From: Escherichia phage nithesis
Sequence record: PV252060.1
Direction: 5' to 3' (one strand)
DNA: 64,000 nucleotides
The translations under genes were made by a program, and so were the position numbers. The notes below the pieces were generated by a model. That model made no database searches. It was given only the letters and a program-made list of their open reading frames with translations, and had not been told where the DNA came from. Positions 31,701 through 38,787 of this stretch are shown one piece after another (positions within the stretch are counted from its first letter, which is position 1; each line of letters begins with the position of its first letter).

Positions 31701-33536
31701 GACTTTGCTACTTCTTATCTGGTTGGTCAGCGTAAAGATGAAATGGCTAAAGCCAAGTCTGATAGCCGTGCAACCATGAACCAGTACAAAGGATATATCC
31801 CTGGTGAGAACAAACAGGGTGTTAACCTGATTGTTGCTGAAGATAGTCAGTTTGCTGATTTGATTGAGAAATCCTATGTACGACTGGGCACTTATCATGG
31901 TAGCTCTGCTAACCGTGGTCCAGCACGTAGCTACTACTTTGCACCAGTACAGGCACAGGCTCCATTCTCACAGGGTATCCTACAGAACGTTCGTAATACT
32001 GCTAGTGGTGTAGACCTTGGCACAGGCTTTACGATGGGAACCATGGTAGCTGGTCGTATTACTGACAAGCCTTCCGTGGACCGTATTACTAAAGCACTGG
32101 CTCGTGGTGAACGTGGTAATGAACCACTGCTGCCTGTATATGATGCTAATGGTAATGTGGTTGCTTATGAGCAATCCATTGACCCTAACATGCTGAAGCA
32201 TATTGAAGGTGAGAACCATCTTGCTCGTGCAATTGGTGTATGGCGTGGTCGTCAGGTGGAAGAAGCTAAGGCTCAGCGTTTCAACGATATGCTGATTGAA
32301 AACCTGCATAGCATGTATGAGAACGACCTTAAGATGTCTGCCTCTAATAAGTCCCAGTACGTTAACCTTCTTGGTTCTAAACTGGACCCAGTGACTGCTG
32401 ATGCACTTAAGCTGATGAACAGTGAAACTCGTCAGAAAGCAGAAAGTTTGTTTGGCCCGGGTGAGCTGTGGGTGCGTCGTGACATGCTTAATGATGCTCT
32501 TGGTTATCGTGCAGCTTCTGTTGGTGATGCCTGGTCTGGTAATTCTCGATGGTCCCCAGAAACACTGGATACCTTTAAGAAAGCTATGCTGGGTGTATTC
32601 GGCAACCGTGCTTACAAGTACGTAATGGGTGGTGAGAACCTGGTTCAGAACTTAGTTAAAGAAGCTAAGACCCTGATTGTAGTTAAGTCAGTAGTCGTAC
32701 CTGCTGTTAACTTCTTGGCTAACCTTTACCAGATGGTTGCTCGTGGTGTACCTGTTAAGAACATTGCTAAGAGCATCCCACAGAAAACTGCTGAGATTAA
32801 TCAGTACCTTAAATCTCGTCTGCGTCAGGTAGATGCAGAAGCAGAATTACGTGCAGCTACTAACCCGAACCAGATTCGTAAACTTAAGGCTGAGATTCAG
32901 TCCATCTCTGATAGTCATAAGCGTTTGAGTATCTGGCCTCTGTTGGAAGCTGGTGAGTTCTCCTCAATTGCAGATGCTGGTATTGGGCGAGATGATATTC
33001 TGATTACTGAAGGTAAACTTCACGAATACATGGAAAAGCTGGCTGATAAGTTGCCTAAGTCTGTACGTAACGCAGGCCGTTATGCACTTATCACTAAGGA
33101 TACTGCTCTGTTCCAGGGTATCCAGAAGACGGTTGAGTACTCTGACTTTATCGCTAAAGCAATCATCTATGATGAACTGACTCAGCGTAAAGGTAAGACT
33201 CGTGAAGAAGCACTTGGACGTGTAACGGAAGAGTTTATTAACTATGACCGTCTGCCTGGTCGCTTCCGTGGGTATATGGAAAGTGTTGGTCTGATGTGGT
33301 TCTACAACTTTAAGATTCGTTCTGCAAAAGTTGCAGTGTCCATGATTCGTAACAACCCAGTTCATGCTGCTATGGCTATGTTGGCTCCAACTCCTACCAT
33401 GTTTGGTAACGTTGGTCTTCCTATTCAGGACAACATCTTTAGTATTGCTGCACAAGGCAACCTCGGTTACTCCTTCGGATTCGGTCAAGGCTTACGTGCC
33501 CATACTCTGAACCCTTGGCTCAACCTCACTAACTAA
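22764..33536 (+). CDS. virion-encapsidated giant RNA polymerase (N4 vRNAP-like)
   Basis: 3590 aa single ORF, the hallmark of N4-like phages; central region has T7-like polymerase motif B-like LKRGIAKNPLTITIYGSGARG near nt 28081. Confidence 0.85.
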   Translation: MNRNHAMSTFDRLAGFADSITTAKQVDVSTATSRKQAEQGQNPFQLTPQNAYQLQAGRAGNLGAGAFDLGSIQADFTNASPLEIINKYGNEQGMDILNARVNAANAVRRDLTKSRTYGEALGDTLSGVGLGVANTLGGIAALGTGLVNDNAGASIASGLDWLNKGVHNLQSDALNARRNVVQNQNVISAQENEKLYKQDVAKGESELVASLSRIGRDAYDSVANTLSNGMAATDGLAEGVGSLFTGGPLIRGVSALGKVMVGGDKAVKGITLAAELGSRPARTALATGHVAAPAIAIGGMEAGGAYQQTANEIMEMPFSELAAKSPVYQQHIKDGLSPEEARRQTASETGITAAGLTAPVAALTGPLVSKFELNPLKVGSLAGAGSNMLRETVEEGIQSGTSQFAQNKAIQGNVDANRDLLKGVGEQTGLGALYGFGSAGVAQAPGATVKAAGAAVGPAVRTTLAGASLAGKALVKAASPITNILVQRGEEIAKRNEQASPVSDATVNAAAQEATAQAEQAQAIVQEAVDAMDISPEEKAAATQYAADLTQAMKFDPVELEQASPAIHEAVSGSTNRVEAIQKMADLVNTAEDPNVQMEAAIQMYDNIMSMDSFINRDPGALANLEQGSPAANIVDQFSGLMANVQNTPKVLRAFRAIHSMIQEQAEAGKLKATEEANQAQANNIAMAADMSPEVLDADSVNMVLKHASEGKITLGNRQRAALQSAAALLQGAREFDAKAEELGLRPQDIVSKQIKTDESRSNEGQYSALQHAKRIRSAYNSGNFDLASAYLDDFMKFAQHMQNKVGALNEHLISGNADKNKSVHYQALTPSREWVRSRTGLGINPYDTKSVKFAQQVGLEAKTVADIANALATAYPELNVSHVKVTPLDSRLNKPAAQVVKEFRQGNLDAAQSQQTNEPVNQVDETPVTKQEPVTPTVQTKPSVSEAVKTEPTIKESKPQTVKEPENQSEKQDVIEKSTESERDTYVKENTISQETLNKYGDRKESPWLFADGTVVGSNGDHISLSDVFGHDGYRDMSMDTGAVRSTFYKGSEQPFVSLQLFDNQKLTAEQFNTVQSFVEANNALIQIGVDMSGRNTNNVEKEEVSLAQLKADYTVGGKPLSEMETVFPVYNNDKTPNQFLKAFSLPEEPKSRTIGSESPLTDVKKALSSAARFEAFTQKENNALTNDVIKRYQDLFDFGETLKTTLSDRLAKFLANKNVGKRFVEGTEANRWVGGKLLNIVEKDGDTFKFNDQLLETAVLAGLQWRLTATQNAAVKDVKDVAAITGVEASLLPEGILADFENAQTLVEATNSLAQKIESYWGLNRNPNAPLGYTKGIPMAMATEILSSLIEMGEVKESMLDVSEIDPESNKTVGLYTIEKLDDNDAINKFPTAIEEAVLVEPVEKLYLGDDIPSVAQTQLRNPAVKNTPEQKAALKAEQATEFRVHMPMVNFYEALGRDNILELMGAGALNPELLNVNTAKSLEGKNLSVSMAYDSLFGVINQIKEQENGLDTPIHYGYNMTRVGRMQMLGKNNPQSSKLVREAILPTFSTIDLSNENSQTFSDFQLGLAQALGIKVHKMSREVMSDELTKALEGKLKPAVDMMVEFDKSGHLPTNAVDILKTSLGSDKSFVALMALMEYARYLNSDDRANFNTPLYVEADGVTNGPINAMVLMTGGKFTSDWIKNTAKGGLFFGKAGKTMNEHHSHEDSVDLYEASTNNLQQALNELRNTYRNNVPVMNQMNHLQKLMDLFIKDFNLNEDGTLDLKRGIAKNPLTITIYGSGARGIAGKMVSAITDVIYERFSDVLQARAADPSISPAMAMFGKEAASEADAQAMLDTFLTSMEALTGNVPVMRKGELSIQQVEGALTGKLNPQKFTVSGNALKNLQENMLHLFVEPMRTGIRNTVGEGLMHSTENLQKATQIQSLVLQDMFQQAVQAKLAEKEKDPTWKKGDFLTQKELNEIQNSLAPLAPMIETGSQTFYIAGSENTDVANQVLATNLDDRMRVPMSIYAPSQAGVAGIPFMTIGTGDGMMMQTLSTMKGAPKNTLKIFDGMNIGINDITDASRKANEAVYTSWQGNPIKNVYDSYAKFMKNVDFSKLSDETKQAIAKSALEYDQREGATDDLLRVGAEQIERNLRNIALGVDIRHKVMDQVQVTVDQMAAVGAPYVNNGKISLEGLTVDQQVAKLNELFDAELNKRRDAVRATKAEPVKEVPAMEQFGRVLKSGVRLLSNTAIAKLAKEMSPEQQAVLKEIQKSLAAKDYKVVYGTPSQLDAYAIEKNITRPAPEDIEAAEAGNAYGWTNFEDKTIYLVTPSLETLVHELVHASTFESVLAHYEGTPNEAVQNIEDLMNQFRTLDVKDESPVVREAYADALNTINGHLSNGFIEPAMAKAAALNEYMAWGLTNRELIGKQKKTTALKTMVQAVYEAIKRLVFGRKKAPANADDMFSGLLFNSAVVMRGQAPTAAVAKDTTLFHNKAYGDNTRLEELGKTFDKLITDYIGSEPVQQVIRKGKFSDAVVNATKVTRDVQAHGFTMNMQEQRLFTNIVAALATEAAINPAALARAQEYYTHVTKNLTVEAFMADPDSTNPADRYYAQQKFDTIMGANNIEFDAQGRSSLLPTFVGLAMVSEEVRKVLADIPVMKADKKSGNTVDAMLTNIGTAAMASLNARVAGDTKATNVQEGMDALAQTIMQTSLNAESFYDSVATPTGNAIDRANQYLVDSIDVLSTRALEGAREVAANTKNPLVKGAAHAAQLVAAIATEKNGSIVAEGVMTAMNQGKVWQPFHDLVNDIIGRTKSNASVYDLIKAVRAQVQADRQQFREHLPTTIASKFSRKLTNDEWKAMHTGMGKTDLAVLRDTMSLDEIRDLLSDQKIVDREVNKLEADLQKQAGRNWPLINRKSKQLAQYMINGTVGNNLLRNATAISRLLGERKTTSSIVDVAQLDKLITLYALEAMNKTDREMLSSLAQTEIEGMDFATSYLVGQRKDEMAKAKSDSRATMNQYKGYIPGENKQGVNLIVAEDSQFADLIEKSYVRLGTYHGSSANRGPARSYYFAPVQAQAPFSQGILQNVRNTASGVDLGTGFTMGTMVAGRITDKPSVDRITKALARGERGNEPLLPVYDANGNVVAYEQSIDPNMLKHIEGENHLARAIGVWRGRQVEEAKAQRFNDMLIENLHSMYENDLKMSASNKSQYVNLLGSKLDPVTADALKLMNSETRQKAESLFGPGELWVRRDMLNDALGYRAASVGDAWSGNSRWSPETLDTFKKAMLGVFGNRAYKYVMGGENLVQNLVKEAKTLIVVKSVVVPAVNFLANLYQMVARGVPVKNIAKSIPQKTAEINQYLKSRLRQVDAEAELRAATNPNQIRKLKAEIQSISDSHKRLSIWPLLEAGEFSSIADAGIGRDDILITEGKLHEYMEKLADKLPKSVRNAGRYALITKDTALFQGIQKTVEYSDFIAKAIIYDELTQRKGKTREEALGRVTEEFINYDRLPGRFRGYMESVGLMWFYNFKIRSAKVAVSMIRNNPVHAAMAMLAPTPTMFGNVGLPIQDNIFSIAAQGNLGYSFGFGQGLRAHTLNPWLNLTN

Positions 33537-33541
33537 ATGAA

Positions 33542-33570
33542 AAAGCCCCTCTAATGAGGGGCTTTACTTT
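33542..33570. terminator. bidirectional terminator at convergence of late (+) and middle (-) transcription
   Basis: AAAGCCCCTC-TAAT-GAGGGGCTTT perfect 10-bp hairpin between + gene ending 33536 and - gene ending 33569. Confidence 0.65.
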
Positions 33571-33775
33571 AGAATCGAGAAATTCTCAATTCAAGTACAC
33601 GGGCATATGCAGACATAGTATCTAATTGCGTGCGTAGTAATGCCTGGTCAAACTGGTCCAGTTTGGTAAATGTTTCATTTGTATTGATAAACACTGATAG
33701 ATCATGAATTTTTTGATTCAGTGAACCCAATTCATCTAATACACGAAGTTGATGTGCTGCAAAAGATTTAGTCAT
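33569..33775 (-). CDS. small hypothetical protein
   Basis: ORF-track ORF; start probably at internal Met; overlaps next gene. Confidence 0.3.
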   Translation of the reverse strand: MTKSFAAHQLRVLDELGSLNQKIHDLSVFINTNETFTKLDQFDQALLRTQLDTMSAYARVLELRISRF

Positions 33776-34001
33776 GTGTCCCCCACATTTTAGGCTTACG
33801 CCCTTCACTTGGAAATTTACCAGTCTCTTTAATCTTCCGTAGTGTTTCCTCTGATGGGAACCACAGGAATGTGAAGTAAAGTTTCTTAGCTACGTAACGA
33901 GTTACGCCCAGTTTCTCTGCGATTTCATCAAATGAATATGTACGAACGGTATTGTTGAGAATGGCTTCACGAACAACAGAGGTAATAGATACTTGTGTCA
34001 T
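33768..34001 (-). CDS. small putative DNA-binding (helix-turn-helix-like) protein
   Basis: 77 aa; segment FDEIAEKLGVTRYVAKKLY resembles an HTH motif. Confidence 0.35.
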   Translation of the reverse strand: MTQVSITSVVREAILNNTVRTYSFDEIAEKLGVTRYVAKKLYFTFLWFPSEETLRKIKETGKFPSEGRKPKMWGTHD

Positions 34002-34124
34002 GCTATTTTCCTATAAATGATAAAGCCCTCACTAGGAGGGCTTTTATTTTACTGGCTTCTAGAGCCTTACTACTTTGTCGGGTAGTTCAGTACCTTTCGG
34101 TAAAAACTACCTTACACCTTTGAA

Positions 34125-34505
34125 TCAGATTGTACAACCACCACCGTCACAGGTGTTGTTTTCTGCAAATGAAGCCAGAGCCTTAGCAGTCTCTTCTTTC
34201 TCGTGCAGTGCCTGACGTAGCAGGTAACCTTCTAATTCCCAAATCTTATTGAATGCATTTTCATATGCATACTGACGACCCTTCTGTTCATCATAGATAG
34301 CAGGGTCTACGCAAGCAGATACACCTTCAATTTTGAATCCATTTTCCAGGATGATAATGCAATGGGTTGTCAGACCCAGATTAGCCAAATCATCTGCTGG
34401 AAGTGCAGAAGGATCAACGAATGCAGACTTCACTGCGTCAGCACCATTGAAAAAGTAAATGCTCTTAATCTTAGCTTCGATTGCTTCTTTACTTACTGTT
34501 GCCAT
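34125..34505 (-). CDS. conserved phage protein (N4 gp49-like family, tentative)
   Basis: About 126 aa; recalled similarity in character to the Phage_gp49_66 family and matching position; start moved to internal ATG with AGG upstream. Confidence 0.35.
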   Translation of the reverse strand: MATVSKEAIEAKIKSIYFFNGADAVKSAFVDPSALPADDLANLGLTTHCIIILENGFKIEGVSACVDPAIYDEQKGRQYAYENAFNKIWELEGYLLRQALHEKEETAKALASFAENNTCDGGGCTI

Positions 34506-34565
34506 TATTAACCTCATAGAGTGGTTTGAATTTGTACTTAAACATGATTGTGCTTATTAATACTC

Positions 34566-34595
34566 AAATAAAAAAGTCCCTCCGAAGAGGGACTT
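34566..34595 (-). terminator. intrinsic terminator downstream of tRNA-like cluster
   Basis: On the minus strand: AAGTCCCTC-TTCG-GAGGGACTT hairpin followed by TTTTTATTT. Confidence 0.6.
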
Positions 34596-34717
34596 AGTAG
34601 CTTTAACTTAGCTAACGAGGCTAGGTCTCTTAGTATATATTAGTAGAGTGCCGGACTGTCTCACCGGCATTGTCTTTAGAGTGCAATGCAATCAGGACTA
34701 TGTTCTCTATTAAAAAG

Positions 34718-34791
34718 TACCCACTACTGGATTTGAACCAGTGACCTTCCGATTATTAGTCGGTTGCTTTCCCCGTCTAAGCTAAGTGGGC
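34718..34791 (-). tRNA. tRNA gene, anticodon uncertain (apparent AAU with mismatched anticodon stem)
   Basis: Minus-strand cloverleaf: acceptor GCCCACT/AGTGGGT, D-arm GCTT..AAGC, T-arm ACTGG-TTCAAAT-CCAGT; anticodon arm ACCGA-CUAAUAA-UCGGA has an A-A mismatch; no encoded CCA. Confidence 0.55.
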
Positions 34792-34796
34792 ATAAA

Positions 34797-34872
34797 TGGT
34801 TACCCGGACAGGATTCGAACCTGCGTCCTAGTTGGTTTACTAGTGGGGCTTTACCACTAAGCCTACCGGGTA
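34797..34872 (-). tRNA. tRNA-like gene with non-canonical 6-nt (or 8-nt) anticodon loop
   Basis: Acceptor TACCCGG/CCGGGTA, D-arm GGCT..AGCC, T-arm GCAGG-TTCGAAT-CCTGT, encoded CCA; the only good anticodon stem (CTAGT/ACTAG) leaves a 6-nt loop AAACCA. Confidence 0.5.
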
Positions 34873-35315
34873 TTAATGAGTGAGTCATGCCAGACTTTAA
34901 CTGGCTCCTTCTTCGCAATCCTTACATACCCCTACATAATTATTGCGTTAAGCTTTTTTGTTTAAGTTTAAATGAAGGCGTTCTTGCTGACTCATAATAG
35001 AGTGGGCGTTTGACGAATGACTAGTTCGTTACTACCCGTTTGCCATAAGTACCTGGCGACTTTGGTTTGAGGTGGGAGTCCGAGTCCTGTACAGCCTTAC
35101 CGTTCACACATTGGCAGCGTATCTAGAATAGCACTTCCGGCAACTGGATTTAACTGTTACACCCCAAATCTGGTAGGGGCGTCCAGAGGTCTCATCTGGT
35201 ACTTACGCCGTCGTATGGTTACGCCTTACCCCCATAATTCTTATAATTCAGAGTAGCACTGCTCCATGTTTGGCCTTTGAACTCCGGGATGGATTAGTGC
35301 AATGCTACTTTGAAT

Positions 35316-35439
35316 TGGTTACCAGTGAAGGATTCGAACCTCCGGTTGGAGTCTATAGCTTACCGCAGCAGCCCTCCAATCTAGCGGTGTCACACTTAGT
35401 CCAAACTTGAACATGTCAAGCCATCTCGTGCAACTGGTA
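35316..35439 (-). tRNA. tRNA-like element with elongated body (124 nt; insertion-containing or degenerate tRNA)
   Basis: Canonical 3-prime module (GGAGG-TTCGAAT-CCTTC, acceptor ACTGGTA, A, CCA) but the only complementary 5-prime acceptor strand (TACCAGT) lies about 120 nt upstream; internal hairpins present. Confidence 0.3.
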
Positions 35440-35441
35440 AT

Positions 35442-35507
35442 TGGTTCCGGCGTCTGGACTCGAACCAGAACACTCATGCCGTGCACGACACTAGTACCTA
35501 CACCGGA
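35442..35507 (-). tRNA. short tRNA-like element (66 nt, apparently lacking a normal D-arm)
   Basis: Acceptor TCCGGTG/CGCCGGA with one G-U pair, T-arm TCTGG-TTCGAGT-CCAGA, encoded CCA; only 31 nt between acceptor and T-stem. Confidence 0.3.
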
Positions 35508-36507
35508 ATTAATTGCCAGGGATTCCACCTGGCTCCATCTGTTTTTATAGTCACTCAGATATCGTCTGGACTTGTTGTGGTGGCCGGTACTGATCTCCGA
35601 CATAAGGCGCTTATTCGGCGGCGTCGAGCTTGCTTATTCGCTTGAGCCATCCTCGTGAGTCAGCCACGTCCCACTGCGCATCAGCCTGCGCATTCACCAC
35701 AACGGAAAGAGCACTTAACAGAAGATAGGTCTGATTGCCTCGGATGATTTCTCAGTAGCCTAAATGCTCTTACCTGTTGTGTGCCCATTATTAATCACAG
35801 CGGGCCACTGCGCCGAATTTGCTTACAAGGAGTCGGAAGACCTTGCTGACTTACAGGCTATTACGCCGCCATCAGAATAACATCATCGTTTGCATTTATG
35901 TTATTGGTTCGTTTCTAAAAAAACCGCATAATCGCTACGAAAACTATCGGGGAGTGCACTGAGGGTTAGCTAGACCTCCACAAACTGGGATATCCCTATG
36001 TTTGGTTAGATGGGCTTACCTGTATTAGCGCACTAACACAGTCTTAATCACCACTCTCGCACGATACAATGCACTCTCCGATAGTTCATAATAGGAGGGA
36101 GGAGACGAATCCCCCCTTTATACCCTATATTGCATGTAAGATCTAACAGTTCGATGTTGTAGACGGATAGGCTTATACTTACCGGCATTAAACTCCCGCC
36201 CCCTTAGTGGGCTGGGTTAATTAGTATGCTCAACATGAGCGGTTAGTTGATAAGGTATCTGAAGCCTTATCCAAAAGATACTAACCTTTGGGATATAGCC
36301 TAAGATTCAGAAATGGCCCCTATAGGAGAGGCCATTGATTAACCCTAATGTTGCTTTACATTTTCTGAGATAACCCATTCTTAAAATAGTCTGTCTGACG
36401 GATGGGGGGCCACCCCTAGCGTCAGTGCCATACGGCAAAGATTAAGTTAAGAAAGGTTATGATAGGAGTTCCTATCTCAAAGGATTCTAACAGAACCCTT
36501 CACGATA

Positions 36508-36678
36508 TTAACTACTCTTTTTTAATGCTTCTACTTCACCCTCTTTATACCAAGCATATGGTACTAAGATTTTGCAGCCTTCTGATTCAATGTGAAATGC
36601 TTTCTTTCCTTCAACAGGTTCTCCACCCATGAAAGAACTAACCTTTCCATTGAGCCAGTGAATAGTAAATTTGTTCAT
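36508..36678 (-). CDS. small hypothetical protein
   Basis: 56-aa version of the ORF-track ORF starting at an internal ATG preceded by GAGG. Confidence 0.3.
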   Translation of the reverse strand: MNKFTIHWLNGKVSSFMGGEPVEGKKAFHIESEGCKILVPYAWYKEGEVEALKKSS

Positions 36679-36909
36679 ATTAGCCTCAGTTGAACCAATG
36701 CACAGGGGAGAGTATTCCTGCACACTGGTTCTGTTGTTGTTACTCTGGCGGCTTGTCACCACCGTGTTTACCACTGCATTTCCACAGGATAATGACAGTG
36801 ATGATAAAAGCTATGTATGGAGCCGACACGTCTATAATCCTGACCAGTAGTAGCATCAGGACTATAAACACTACCACACCTAGCAGCAGCTTCTGAGCCA
36901 CCTACCAGA

Positions 36910-37389
36910 TTAACTACGTTTAAGGCCAGCGAACAGTGAAGGCTTAGTAGCAGGTTTCTCTGCTGGTTCTTCAGCCTTAGTCTCTTCCTGCACAACTTCT
37001 TCTTGTGCTTCTGGTTCAGCTACTGCTTCTTCTTCAGGTTCCGGCGTAGAACTCTCGTTCTGACCACCAACTGAGGTCGGGGCATCTACTTTCGGTCCCA
37101 GAGGTGCTCCCTCCTTTACAGATTCGGTAACAACTTGCTCACCAACCTCAGGTTCTGGAGTTGAGTCAACAGGACGATGTTTGGCTTCTTGTGGATTCTT
37201 ACGAGAACGACGAGTTTTTTTCTCTACTCCCACGGGTGGAGTATCTTCGTGAACCTCTTCGTTGATACCAACGGAGGCTGTGCCATCTGCATTGATGACA
37301 ATACTAATGTCACCAGCAAGATTGATTTGATCATCGACATATGCCTGTACAGCAGCTTCTACTTCGGACTGGTTCAAAATGATTTGCAT
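36910..37389 (-). CDS. acidic, Pro/Glu-rich low-complexity protein of unknown function
   Basis: 159 aa; folded-looking N-terminal 45 aa then long acidic repetitive region (PEPEVGEQ, EPEEEAVAEPEAQEEVVQEETKAEEPAEKP). Confidence 0.4.
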   Translation of the reverse strand: MQIILNQSEVEAAVQAYVDDQINLAGDISIVINADGTASVGINEEVHEDTPPVGVEKKTRRSRKNPQEAKHRPVDSTPEPEVGEQVVTESVKEGAPLGPKVDAPTSVGGQNESSTPEPEEEAVAEPEAQEEVVQEETKAEEPAEKPATKPSLFAGLKRS

Positions 37390-37390
37390 A

Positions 37391-37945
37391 TTACGCCTTT
37401 ATTAATTTAATGAGGTTCTGGAAAGCTGGGAGATTTACACCAGCATGGATTGCACCGATTGCATCTGCTAAGTGCTCATTCTTATTCAGAAGTTTGCCTT
37501 TCTTATCAGTGAGCCAGTTGGCTTCAGGATAAATGGCATGAGCAGCACGAATCATCGTGTCCTTAGATGCTGTTTTATCACCGACCAGTGCAAGTTTGTT
37601 TTCAATTGGGGATACTTCAAAGATTGGACAACCCAATGCACGAAATGCACCAATTAATCCTACGCATACTCCATAGGATTTCATACCGTTAGCAGACTGA
37701 GAGCCTACTGGTACTTCTACGAATACTGCTTTAGCAGATCGTAACCATTCCTCACAACCAAGAAACAAATCGTGAGCGGCTTGTATATCTTTGGAGTTGG
37801 TTCGAACTTGTTTGTTGTGGTCAACTTCAGTTTGAACCAGTTTAAGTTCGACCTGCTCGAAAACGCCGGACTCAATGTCCAGCATCCCACGAGCTAAACC
37901 CCAATTGCGGAGACTAATGTCTGCACCGACAATTGGGATTTTCAT
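37391..37945 (-). CDS. RuvC-like Holliday junction resolvase (tentative)
   Basis: 184 aa; N-terminal IVGADISLRNWGLA, later FVEVPVG and HLADAIGAIHAG, consistent with RNase H-fold resolvase acidic residues. Confidence 0.45.
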   Translation of the reverse strand: MKIPIVGADISLRNWGLARGMLDIESGVFEQVELKLVQTEVDHNKQVRTNSKDIQAAHDLFLGCEEWLRSAKAVFVEVPVGSQSANGMKSYGVCVGLIGAFRALGCPIFEVSPIENKLALVGDKTASKDTMIRAAHAIYPEANWLTDKKGKLLNKNEHLADAIGAIHAGVNLPAFQNLIKLIKA

Positions 37946-38748
37946 TAACGTTTACCGAACAGTGATTTACCACCAGCAGGAGTAGTACCCGTGCCAGCAC
38001 CTGCACCTGGTTTAGGAGGCAAGCCACCTTTACCATTACCACCAGCAGAACTCTTAGTTTTGTCACGAGTTTTGCCTTTGTTCTTTTCCAGCCATGCTGC
38101 ATAGAATACAGCCAGTTCTGGGGTCAGTTCTTTCTCAGCCTTCTCTGCTTCCTGAGCCTCGACGACTGTGACCAGCAGTTCCGGGTGAAACACCTTCTGA
38201 ATCTCATTTACTTCACGAGTTTCACCGGAGTCAACGTAACCGTTGTCACCTTTAACCTGCTTGGATTCCAGAACTTTTTCCAGAGCGAAGGTAACAGTCT
38301 GACCTACCAGGTCAACTGGAACCATGACAGACTTATTAACTTCTGCTTTAGCATCGAAGTCATAGACTTTGACAATCTTCTCTTCGAAATCAGCTTCAGG
38401 CAGTTCAGTACCGGTAGCCATCAGCATCATGTCGTTAATGACGGTATAGCCAGGCAAGAAGTATTCTTTACCGTTCTTCTCGTAAGTCGGTTTATTACCT
38501 TTAGCATTACCAGAAGTGAAGTACACCTGAGCACGGAACTCACCGGCAGGTACGCCATCAGAGTTTTTCAGGTCTTCAACGATTAACTGCATCCAGTCTG
38601 CACCAGAGTCAGCTTTACCTACGTAAGCTACTTTTACAGTACCAGTGTAGATATCGGATTCTTTTGCACCGAAGCCACCACCACCCAGGGAGTCTTTTAC
38701 AGCTTCAACGTTTTTGGTTTTTTCTTTCAGATTACTGAACAATGACAT
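37945..38748 (-). CDS. single-stranded DNA-binding protein (N4 gp45-like)
   Basis: 267 aa with Gly-rich flexible C-terminal tail; size and position at the end of the replication block match the N4 SSB arrangement. Confidence 0.5.
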   Translation of the reverse strand: MSLFSNLKEKTKNVEAVKDSLGGGGFGAKESDIYTGTVKVAYVGKADSGADWMQLIVEDLKNSDGVPAGEFRAQVYFTSGNAKGNKPTYEKNGKEYFLPGYTVINDMMLMATGTELPEADFEEKIVKVYDFDAKAEVNKSVMVPVDLVGQTVTFALEKVLESKQVKGDNGYVDSGETREVNEIQKVFHPELLVTVVEAQEAEKAEKELTPELAVFYAAWLEKNKGKTRDKTKSSAGGNGKGGLPPKPGAGAGTGTTPAGGKSLFGKR

Positions 38749-38787
38749 ATGATTTTCCTAATAAGTGATTAACAACCAGGCAAACGC

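Noticed and set aside
34724-34918. 64-aa minus-strand ORF
   Set aside because: Overlaps two tRNA-like genes on the same strand; the reading frame is a by-product of the tRNA sequence.
35319-35603. 94-aa minus-strand ORF
   Set aside because: Overlaps the tRNA-like elements at 35316-35507; no ribosome-binding site noted and sequence is structured RNA-like.
37914-38102. 62-aa minus-strand ORF overlapping the SSB gene 3-prime end
   Set aside because: Alternative frame over the Gly-rich tail of the SSB gene; repetitive Leu/Val translation typical of off-frame reading.
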